This document shows, one piece after another, positions 7,590-14,943 of a DNA stretch of 28,011 bases. Each line of letters begins with the position of its first letter. The stretch's first letter is position 1. A program made the translations under genes and the position numbers. Source of the stretch: Actinomycetota bacterium (GTDB lineage: Bacteria > Actinomycetota > UBA4738 > HRBIN12); the NCBI GenBank assembly GCA_035287005.1, contig DATECH010000126.1:1-28011 (forward strand). The letters run 5' to 3'. Under the pieces are notes generated by a model that was not told the DNA's origin, made no database searches, and saw only the letters and a list, made by a program, of their open reading frames with translations.

Positions 7590-8846
7590 TCACGTCCGAT
7601 TATAGGAAGGACCTACCGAAGGTGGAACAGAAGGCGCGATCCGTTCGGGTTTCGGCTCGGGAAGTTGTGGTCGGTCATGCCGGCGATCCAACAGAGTTGC
7701 TTGCGTAGCAGCCCCTTTCCCGAAACGGTGTTCGATGCGATCCATCGCGCGATCGACGTCGCTCCAGCGCTCACCGCGCAACAACGCCAGTTGTTCGGCG
7801 CCCGCTTGCTGCAATCCCGACGCTAGGACGCCCAACAGACGCACTCGTCGACCACTGCCCGGCAACGCGCGATACAGCTCGCTCGCGACGTGGTACAGAT
7901 CGGCTCCGGTGGCCGTTGCGTCGCCCAAGGTGCGCGCGCGCGTCAGCGTGGTGAAGTTCGCCAGGCGCACCTTCAGGGTCACCGTTCGCGCACGATACCC
8001 GTCATCGCGCAATCGAGCGGCAACACGACCCGACAGGTGGAGCAACTCGCGAAGGATCTCCGTCGTGTCGTCGAGATCGCGCTCGAACGTCTCTTCGTGA
8101 CCGACGGATTTCGGTGCCTCGTACGGGATGACGCCGCGATCGTCGACCCCGTGTGCGAGTGCCATGAGGTGGCGCGTCGATGCATCTCCCAGCAGGCGTT
8201 CCAACACCGAGGGCGGTGTGTGCGCAAGATCGCCGACGGTGCGGATGGCCAAGCGCCCCAGCAACTCCGCGGTCTTGTCGCCGACGCCCCACAGCCGTCC
8301 GACCGGCAGCGGCTCGAGGAACGCGAGGGTTTGCTCGACCGGCACGTGCACCAACGCGTTCGGCTTGCGATGATCGGAGGCGAGCTTCGCGACGAACTTC
8401 GTCGCGGCGACGCCCGCGGAACACGTCACGCCGACCTCGCGTTCGACATCGGCACGGATCTTCTCGGCGATCTGCACGGGTTCGCCGAACAGACGGGTCG
8501 CCCCACCGACGTCGAGGAACGCCTCGTCCAGGGAGATGGGCTCCACCAGCGGCGTGTGCGCCAGCAACACCTCGCGGAAGCGGTTGGAGTGCACGCGGTA
8601 GGCCTCGAAGTCGGGCGGTAGGAACACCGCGTCGGGGCACAGCCGGCGGGCTCGCACCGCCGGCATCGCCGAGCGAACGCCGAAGCGGCGCGCCTCGTAC
8701 GACGCGCTCGACACCACACCGCGCGAGCCGGTGCCCCCGACCACCACGGGCTTGCCACGAAGGGTCGGATCCTTCAGCACCTCGACGCCGGCGTAGAAGG
8801 CGTCGAGGTCGACGTGCAGGATCGGCTCGAGCGGCCGGGTCGTCAT
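7590..8846 (-). CDS. dinB: DNA polymerase IV (DinB), catalytic residues intact
   Basis: ILHVDLDAFYA, SYEARRFGVRSAMP, PISLDEAFLD, KFVAKLASD, LWGVG and little-finger APKSVGHEETF. ATG 8846 lies 11 nt after the dnaE2 stop. Confidence 0.95.
   Translation of the reverse strand: MTTRPLEPILHVDLDAFYAGVEVLKDPTLRGKPVVVGGTGSRGVVSSASYEARRFGVRSAMPAVRARRLCPDAVFLPPDFEAYRVHSNRFREVLLAHTPLVEPISLDEAFLDVGGATRLFGEPVQIAEKIRADVEREVGVTCSAGVAATKFVAKLASDHRKPNALVHVPVEQTLAFLEPLPVGRLWGVGDKTAELLGRLAIRTVGDLAHTPPSVLERLLGDASTRHLMALAHGVDDRGVIPYEAPKSVGHEETFERDLDDTTEILRELLHLSGRVAARLRDDGYRARTVTLKVRLANFTTLTRARTLGDATATGADLYHVASELYRALPGSGRRVRLLGVLASGLQQAGAEQLALLRGERWSDVDRAMDRIEHRFGKGAATQATLLDRRHDRPQLPEPKPERIAPSVPPSVGPSYNRT
7599..7627 (-). 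promoter_or_regulatory. Putative sigma-A promoter of the DUF3040 gene, inside the dinB 3' end
   Basis: Perfect TATAAT (7604-7599), rare in 70% GC DNA, with TTCCAC 17 nt upstream; about 37 nt before the DUF3040 ATG. Confidence 0.55.
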
Positions 8847-8857
8847 CTCACGCCACC

Positions 8858-11800
8858 CTAGCCCGCGGAGCCGGGGCTGGCGTGCCACAGCTGCCGCCCC
8901 GACTGCCCGGCGACGGGCTGCACGGGGGCTTGCATCGCCTCGCGCAACCGACCGTCGCGCCGGGCCTCCTGCAGCGCCAGCAGGTCCCAGACGTCTTCGG
9001 CGATCACGCTCACCCCCGCTTTGCCCGTGCGGCGCAATCGCCCCCACACCGCCATCGCAGAGGCATGGAACACCGTGCGCGCCACCTTGCCCTGCACCGA
9101 TGGGAAGACCGTGACCTCGACCGGACCCGTGGCATCGTCCAGGGAGACGAAGATGATCCGCTGGCCACTACGGACCGCCGGGGTCTGCGAGGCGATCTTG
9201 ACCCCGGCAACCATGACCCACTCCTCTTGTCGCTTGTGCCGCAGGTCGCTAGCCTTCGTCACCCCGAGGTCGCGCAGCAACGGCTCGTAGAAGCTCACCA
9301 GATGCCTCGTCGCGTCCATGCCGAAGACGTCGAGCTCCGCGCGGACCACCTCGGCGTCGTTGTACTCGGGGAAGGCGTGTCGCGGTGCGGTGGCATCGGC
9401 CAGGTGCAGCTGGTCGCCTTCGCGTGCCGCTTCGACCGTGATCGCCTCGTACAGATGGGTGCGCCGGCCACCGGGCAGTGCGTCGAACGCACCGGCGTGC
9501 GCCAGCGCCTCGGCCACCGGACGCGGCACCGAGGTGCGCCGCAAGAAGTCCGCCACGTCGAGGAAGGCACGCTCCGCCCGTGCGATCAAGATCGAGCGGA
9601 TGTCGGCACTCGAGATGCCGTGCACATCCTGCAGGCCGATCCGGATGCCCACGGTGCCCTCGCCGGTTTCCTCCGTGACGTATTCGGGTTCGCTGCGGTG
9701 GATGTCCAGCGGCAGGATCGGCACGCCCGCCCGCCGGGCGTCGTCGAGCAGCAACCGCCGCGGATACATGCCGGGATCATGGGTCAAGATCCCGGCCATG
9801 AACTGCGCCCGGTAATGCGCCTTGAGCCACGCCGAGCGATAGGTGGGGACCGCGAAGGCCGCCGCGTGCGCCTTGCAGAACCCGAAGCTCGCGAACTGTG
9901 CGACGTCGTCCCACGTCTGCTCGGCGGCGGCGGGATCCACCCCGCGGGCGGTCGCGCGCTCGAGGAAGTCGGCGCGAAGCGTCGGCAGCATCTGCTGATC
10001 GTCGAGATGGCGCCGCACGTGATCGGCGTAGGTGAGGTCGTAGCCCGCCAACGCCGCGAGCGTGCGGATCACCTGTTCGTGATAGACGATCACCCCGAAG
10101 GTCTCCTGCAGGGCAGGTCGTAGGTCCGGGTGCGCGTACGCGGGACGCTGCATCCCGCTTCGCCGGGCGATATAGGGCCGGATCATGTCCGATTTCACCG
10201 GACCGGGACGGAAGAGTGAGATGTCGACGATCAGGTCTTCGAACCGCTCGGGCTGGAGCTTCTGTAACAGCTCGCGTTGGCCCGGCGATTCGATCTGGAA
10301 GCACGCGAGGGTGTCGGAGGCCCGGATCAGATCGAACGTCGGCTGGTCGTCGAGCGCGATGCGGTCCAGGTCGACCTTTTCGCCGGTGGTGCGGGCGATC
10401 TCGTCCAGCGCATGGCGCATCGACGAGAGCATGCGCACGCCAAGGATGTCGAGCTTGAGGTAGCCAAGCGTTTCGACGTCGTCCTTGTCGGCCTGGATCA
10501 TGCGGTGACCGTTGGCGCTGCGCTCCAGCGGTACCCGCTGCACCAGATCGTGGCTGGCCAGCACGATCCCGCACGGGTGTAGCGCGATGTGGCGCGGGAA
10601 TCCGTCGAGACGCTCGGCCACCCGGAACAGCAGATCGAGCTGGCGCATCGGCAGGTTGAGCCCTTGCAACTCCGGCAGACGCTCGAGCCCGTCGCGAAGA
10701 TGCCGCGCCGAGATGTGGGGGAACGCCTTGGCGACGACACCGAGCTCGACCTCGGGTAGCCCGAGCGCCTTGCCGACCTCGCGAACCGCCGAGCGCGCCC
10801 GATAAGTGTCGATCATGGCCACGCACCCCGCGCGCTCGGTGCCATGACGCGACAGAACCATGTCGTAGACGTCTTCGCGTCGAGCCGACTCGACATCGAT
10901 GTCGATGTCGGGCAGGTCGTCGCGCATCGGGTTCATGAACCGCTCGAACGACAGGTCGTGCCGCAGCGCATCGACGTCGGAGATGCCGGTGAGATAGCAC
11001 GCGAGGGACCCCGCGGCGCTGCCCCGGCACGCCGCGAAGATACCCATCGCCTTGATGTCGGCCACGATGTCGGCCACCGTCAGGAAGTAGGCCGCATAGC
11101 CCATCCGCCGGATCATCGACAGCTCCAGGTGCACGCGGTCGCGCAGGCGTTCAGTTTCGTGGAGACCGCGCTCGTGCACCCCGCGCCAACATCGCTCGGC
11201 GAGCAGGGCGTCGGCGCTTCGCCCCGCCGGTGTCGGGAAGTCCGGGAAATGGACCTGCTTGAGCCCCAGGTCGAAGGTGCACCGGTCGGCGACGGCGAGC
11301 GTGGCGTCGCAAAGCTCGGGATGTTCGTGAAACAGCGCGCGCATCGCGTCGGGTGGTTTCAGCCATCCTTCGGCGTTGGTGCGCGTGACGTTGGACGAGG
11401 CGATCGGCACGATGCGTCGCATGCACTCGAGCGCGTCGGCGACGAACGCGTCCTCCGGCTCGAGGTAGCGCACCGGGTTGGTGGCGATCGCGGTGGCGTC
11501 GAGGCGATCGGCGAATCGCAGCATCGCGCGGACCTCGGCCCCGGAACCCACCTCCACGCGATGCTCCGCGGCAACGACGCAACGCGCATGGCCGAACGCC
11601 TCGCGGTAGGGAGCGGCCAGCGCGGCCGCGGCGTCGACGCGTCCGATCGTCGCCAGGCGCCCCGGATGGGAGCGCGGACCGAGCAGCACCGTCAGACCGG
11701 CGGCGTGCGCACAGATCTGCTCGGTGGCCACCCACGGATCGCCGCGCGCTCCCAGCAGGTGCGCGTCGGTGAGCAGCCGGCACAGGTTCGCGTAGCCGAC

Positions 11801-12082
11801 GTCGTCTTCGGCCAGCAGCACTACGTGCGCATCCCTTCGTTTCCTCCCCTCCCTCGGCGACGGTGCGCGCACCGTGATCGACGCGCCGAGGATCGGGCGG
11901 ACACCTTCGCGCTCGCATGCAGCCATGAACCGAGCGGCGCCGTAGAGCCCGTCGCGATCGGTGAGGGCGACCGCCGGCATGCCGAGGGCGGCGGCCCGCG
12001 CCACGAGTCGTTCGGGCGTGAACGCGCCCTCTTTCAGCGAGAAGCAGGACCGGACGTCGAGGTGGACGAAGGCAGCACCCAT
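8858..12082 (-). CDS. dnaE2: Error-prone DNA polymerase III alpha subunit DnaE2
   Basis: Degenerate PHP start (HLDVRSCFSLKEGA), RGSAAGS, catalytic PDIDIDVE and KLDILG, FQIESPGQ, GFCKAHAAAF, C-terminal OB fold (FVSLDDATG), ends LWHASPGSAG. Lies in a LexA-boxed operon with dinB. Confidence 0.93.
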   Translation of the reverse strand: MGAAFVHLDVRSCFSLKEGAFTPERLVARAAALGMPAVALTDRDGLYGAARFMAACEREGVRPILGASITVRAPSPREGRKRRDAHVVLLAEDDVGYANLCRLLTDAHLLGARGDPWVATEQICAHAAGLTVLLGPRSHPGRLATIGRVDAAAALAAPYREAFGHARCVVAAEHRVEVGSGAEVRAMLRFADRLDATAIATNPVRYLEPEDAFVADALECMRRIVPIASSNVTRTNAEGWLKPPDAMRALFHEHPELCDATLAVADRCTFDLGLKQVHFPDFPTPAGRSADALLAERCWRGVHERGLHETERLRDRVHLELSMIRRMGYAAYFLTVADIVADIKAMGIFAACRGSAAGSLACYLTGISDVDALRHDLSFERFMNPMRDDLPDIDIDVESARREDVYDMVLSRHGTERAGCVAMIDTYRARSAVREVGKALGLPEVELGVVAKAFPHISARHLRDGLERLPELQGLNLPMRQLDLLFRVAERLDGFPRHIALHPCGIVLASHDLVQRVPLERSANGHRMIQADKDDVETLGYLKLDILGVRMLSSMRHALDEIARTTGEKVDLDRIALDDQPTFDLIRASDTLACFQIESPGQRELLQKLQPERFEDLIVDISLFRPGPVKSDMIRPYIARRSGMQRPAYAHPDLRPALQETFGVIVYHEQVIRTLAALAGYDLTYADHVRRHLDDQQMLPTLRADFLERATARGVDPAAAEQTWDDVAQFASFGFCKAHAAAFAVPTYRSAWLKAHYRAQFMAGILTHDPGMYPRRLLLDDARRAGVPILPLDIHRSEPEYVTEETGEGTVGIRIGLQDVHGISSADIRSILIARAERAFLDVADFLRRTSVPRPVAEALAHAGAFDALPGGRRTHLYEAITVEAAREGDQLHLADATAPRHAFPEYNDAEVVRAELDVFGMDATRHLVSFYEPLLRDLGVTKASDLRHKRQEEWVMVAGVKIASQTPAVRSGQRIIFVSLDDATGPVEVTVFPSVQGKVARTVFHASAMAVWGRLRRTGKAGVSVIAEDVWDLLALQEARRDGRLREAMQAPVQPVAGQSGRQLWHASPGSAG

Positions 12083-12118
12083 CTCGAGCTCACGCGGGCG
12101 GTGGGGCGACGGCGACGA

Positions 12119-12811
12119 TCAGCGTTGCCAGATCGCCGCGTCGTGGGCGAAGTGGACGCGGATGGGGTCGAGGAAGCGCAGCCGGTCGATCGAGCGAACA
12201 TACGCCTCGCGATCCGGCGCCCCCGGCAGACCCGAGACCGTCTCGTCGATGCCACCATCCCATTCGGCCCGGGAGCGCACCGCTTGGCCTGCCAGAACGA
12301 CGATCCCCTCGGGCGTCTCGATCACGAGCGATTGGTGGCCCGGCGCGTGCCCGGGTGTCGGCACCAACCGCAGACCGGGCGCGACCTCCGTCTCGCCGTC
12401 GAGCACCTCGTAGGACAGGTGTGGCGCGTCGATCCACTCGGCGATGGTGTAGTCGGGCTCGTGTACCATCCGCCACTCGCGCTCCTGCACGAAGATCGGC
12501 ACTCCGGGTGGCAGGCGAACGTTCTGCCCACTGTGATCGAAATGCAGGTGGCAGTTGGCGACGCCCGTCACGTCCGCGATCGCGATCCCGTGGCGAGCGA
12601 GCGCATCCTCGATCGGCGTGACCCGCGGCGAGAACGTCTCGTCGACCTCGGCATTGCCGATCCCCACCCCGGTATCGAACAGAAAGACGCCGTCGCGATG
12701 GATGACCGCATGCGCGATCGCCGGCCACCACTCGACCCCGAGGAGCATCCGATCCCCCTCGGGCAGACGAAGCTCGGAAACGAGGAACGGGATCACGCGC
12801 ATATCGGCCAC
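12119..12811 (-). CDS. MBL-fold metallo-hydrolase (N-acyl-homoserine lactonase-like family)
   Basis: LFDTG, HxHxDH motif (CHLHFDHSG), PTPGHAPGHQS, LAGQA (usual Asp replaced by Gln), FAHD. Start is GTG 12811 or ATG 12802. Confidence 0.88.
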   Translation of the reverse strand: MADMRVIPFLVSELRLPEGDRMLLGVEWWPAIAHAVIHRDGVFLFDTGVGIGNAEVDETFSPRVTPIEDALARHGIAIADVTGVANCHLHFDHSGQNVRLPPGVPIFVQEREWRMVHEPDYTIAEWIDAPHLSYEVLDGETEVAPGLRLVPTPGHAPGHQSLVIETPEGIVVLAGQAVRSRAEWDGGIDETVSGLPGAPDREAYVRSIDRLRFLDPIRVHFAHDAAIWQR

Positions 12812-12820
12812 GGGTCATAG

Positions 12821-13066
12821 CTAATCCCACAGGCGTTCCATGTGCCACAGATCCTTCTGGCGATCGAAGTACAGATCCCAGACCGCACCGCCACGAGCCT
12901 CGACGCGCCAGTACTCACGGTCGCGCCCGTCGGCCCACCAGCGCCCTTCGATGCGCCACTTGCCGATCACATCGGCGACCTCGTAGCGCCGCCCCCGCCA
13001 CTCGAACGCCGACGGCAACCCGGCGTCGCGTTCGACCCGAACCTCCTCATCGAAGCGCTTCGTCAT
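12821..13066 (-). CDS. DUF6504-family / stand-alone ImuB-C-like small protein (81 aa)
   Basis: MTKRFDEEVRV...PSAFEWRGRRYEV...W..EGRWW...REYWRVE..GG.VWDLYFD....WHMERLWD; first gene after the LexA box. Family assigned from the Trp-rich pattern, not by a search. Confidence 0.8.
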   Translation of the reverse strand: MTKRFDEEVRVERDAGLPSAFEWRGRRYEVADVIGKWRIEGRWWADGRDREYWRVEARGGAVWDLYFDRQKDLWHMERLWD

Positions 13067-13099
13067 CCCCGGTCGTACCTCGCTCCTCACCCCCAGGAA

Positions 13100-13115
13100 T
13101 CGAACGTATGTTCGA
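13100..13115. promoter_or_regulatory. LexA (SOS) box of the mutagenesis operon
   Basis: Perfect TCGAAC-GTAT-GTTCGA, just downstream of the predicted transcription start and 33 nt before the DUF6504 ATG. Confidence 0.92.
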
Positions 13116-13127
13116 GAGGGGAGGATG

Positions 13128-13157
13128 AAGGTACTCCCCTCCTCTGACATCCGTCAA
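13128..13157 (-). promoter_or_regulatory. Sigma-A promoter of the DUF6504-MBL-dnaE2-dinB operon
   Basis: TTGACG(13157-13152)-N18-TACCTT(13133-13128) on the minus strand. Confidence 0.75.
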
Positions 13158-13224
13158 GACCGACGTCACCGAACCTCCATCGCGCTGCCCCGCACGATCG
13201 TGACGCGACGGTAGGCTCGGATGC

Positions 13225-13878
13225 ATGGGGGGAACGAACACCGGTGTGGGCTTCGAGGACGGCATTGAGCCGTTTGCCCCCGGTGAGCCCGTCGCGATCC
13301 GAGAGCTGTGGGACGGCCGCGTCTGGTACGCCCGCCCGGCCACGGTCGTTCGCGACGAGCCAAACCTCACGATGCTGCTTGTTCCACCGCACGTGCGCGC
13401 GAAGGAGCCAGTCGACACCGAGGGTGAACCCCTCCGCATCCCGACGAAGGAGTGGGGCTTCCGCGACACCGATCGGGGCGATACGTGGAACCTCTCGTTC
13501 GCCTTCCCCGACACGCCGTACTCGGTGATCCTCGGGTTCGAGGCCTCCGGGAAGCTTCGCGAGTACTACATCAACCTGCAGACGCCGCTCGTGCGGTCTC
13601 CGGCCGGGTTCGACACGGTGGAGCACATCCTGGACGTGACGATCCCGCCGGATCGCAGCACCTGGGAATGGAAGGACGAGGACGAGCTCGCCGAGGCCGT
13701 CGACCGGGGCCTGTTCACCGAGGAAGATACCGCGTGGTTCCACTACTGGGGCGAGCGTGCCGTGGAGCACGTGTTGCTCCGCGAGCCACCTTTCGACGAG
13801 GACTGGGCCGCCTGGCGACCCGACCCCACCTGGACCGAGCCGGTCCTGCCCGGCGACTGGGACCTGGTTCCGGCCTGA
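13225..13878 (+). CDS. DUF402 domain-containing protein (Ntdp/FomD-like phosphohydrolase family)
   Basis: WYARPATVVRD...EYYINLQTP...FDTVEHILDVTI...WEWKDEDELAEAV. Probably leaderless: TAGGCT(13212-13217)-N7-ATG. Confidence 0.85.
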   Translation: MGGTNTGVGFEDGIEPFAPGEPVAIRELWDGRVWYARPATVVRDEPNLTMLLVPPHVRAKEPVDTEGEPLRIPTKEWGFRDTDRGDTWNLSFAFPDTPYSVILGFEASGKLREYYINLQTPLVRSPAGFDTVEHILDVTIPPDRSTWEWKDEDELAEAVDRGLFTEEDTAWFHYWGERAVEHVLLREPPFDEDWAAWRPDPTWTEPVLPGDWDLVPA

Positions 13879-13960
13879 GCTCCGATCCCCCACCTCCCCA
13901 CATCGGGCCTCGCACAGGCGTAGTATCCGGCCGTCCTGCACCCAAGAGGAGGGATCGGGT

Positions 13961-14827
13961 ATGTCCGGATTCGATAACGGTGGCGCGGCTCCCCCGCCAC
14001 CACCACCACCGAGCGCCGGCGGCGGCGGCGCGATCCCGCAACGCGGCTTAGGCGACATCCTGTCCACCGCGTTCGAGCTCTACAAGGCGAACGCCGCAAA
14101 GCTGATCCAGATCGTGGCGATCGTGGTGGTCCCACTCACGTTCGTGCTGGCGCTGCTCACGAAGGTGGCGCTGAAGCAGAACTGTACGGTCGAGGACATC
14201 CAGACGTTCGAGGACCTCCAGAACTTCTCGAACAACTGCACCGTCGGAGTCGGGCGCTCCCTGCTGCTGAGCGCGATCGCCGGGTTCATCGCGATCGCGA
14301 TCCAGCAACTGGTGCAGGGTGCCGTCACGCGGGGCGGAGCGGCCGCGACGCTCGGACGCGCGGTCGACGTGAAGGCCAGCTACCGCTACGCGCTTTCCCG
14401 GCTGTGGGGGCTGATCGGTCTGTCCCTGTTGATCGCGCTCGTCGTCGGGGTTGGATTCATCCTGCTGATCATCCCCGGCGTCATCTTCCTGGTGTTCCTC
14501 GCGGTCGCCGTACCGGCGTTCATCATCGAGCGCACCGGGGCGACGGCGTCCATGTCACGATCGTGGAAACTCGTCAGCGGTCAGTGGTGGCACACCCTGG
14601 GCGTTATCGTGGTCGCCGGGATCATCGCCGGTGTCGTGAACGGCATCCTCACGGCGATCGGCGGCAACAACTTCTTCCTGTACTGGGTCTTCTCCACGAT
14701 CGGCCAGATCATCACGGCGCCGTTCGTCGCGCTGGTGGGGATCGTGTTGTACGTGGACCTGCGTGCGCGGCACGAGGGTCTGACGGCAGACACGCTCGGC
14801 GCGGAGTTGGACGCGGCGCAGGCGTAG
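13961..14827 (+). CDS. Integral membrane protein with Pro/Gly-rich N-terminus (GDPD-membrane-anchor/DUF975-like family)
   Basis: SD AAGAGGAGGG and -10 TAGTAT at 13921-13926; RGLGDILSTAFELY, several TM helices, SMSRSWKLV..WW and ending LYVDLRARHEG. Confidence 0.8.
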   Translation: MSGFDNGGAAPPPPPPPSAGGGGAIPQRGLGDILSTAFELYKANAAKLIQIVAIVVVPLTFVLALLTKVALKQNCTVEDIQTFEDLQNFSNNCTVGVGRSLLLSAIAGFIAIAIQQLVQGAVTRGGAAATLGRAVDVKASYRYALSRLWGLIGLSLLIALVVGVGFILLIIPGVIFLVFLAVAVPAFIIERTGATASMSRSWKLVSGQWWHTLGVIVVAGIIAGVVNGILTAIGGNNFFLYWVFSTIGQIITAPFVALVGIVLYVDLRARHEGLTADTLGAELDAAQA

Positions 14828-14849
14828 ATCACACGGCAGTCGTCGCGAT

Positions 14850-14877
14850 CGGGGGCGCTCCTTCGGGGGCGCCCCCG
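14850..14877 (+). terminator. GC-rich 12-bp hairpin with cUUCGg tetraloop (terminator-like, no U-tract)
   Basis: CGGGGGCGCTCC-TTCG-GGGGCGCCCCCG (one G.U pair), 22 nt after the stop at 14827. Confidence 0.65.
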
Positions 14878-14943
14878 TCCCGTTCCCCGACGATCACCTC
14901 CGTGCGTGCGGCGGAACCTCCCGGCGTGTGGGAATCTCCTGGG

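Noticed and set aside
7721-7735. LexA-like CGAAA-CGGT-GTTCGA inside the dinB 3' end
   Set aside because: One core mismatch; it lies in codons for the conserved RIEHRFG motif and over 100 nt from the DUF3040 -10, so protein constraint explains it.
8180-12820. Long plus-strand ORFs (8180-10123, 9777-11030, 10844-12820) opposite dinB/dnaE2
   Set aside because: Antisense shadow ORFs typical of ~70% GC coding DNA; no recognisable motifs, and they fully overlap well-supported genes.
12821-13150. ORF-track longer starts for DUF6504 (13150), dinB (9047), kinase (19073), DUF58 (2705), desulfurase-like (14404), arcE (27655), pfkA (25182) and Mo enzyme (22282)
   Set aside because: The extensions overlap promoters, LexA boxes or neighbouring genes; downstream starts have an SD or leaderless -10 and match where family homology begins.
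13990-14032. CCA/CCG and GGC triplet runs
   Set aside because: They encode the poly-Pro/Gly N-terminal linker of the membrane protein; not a separate repeat element.
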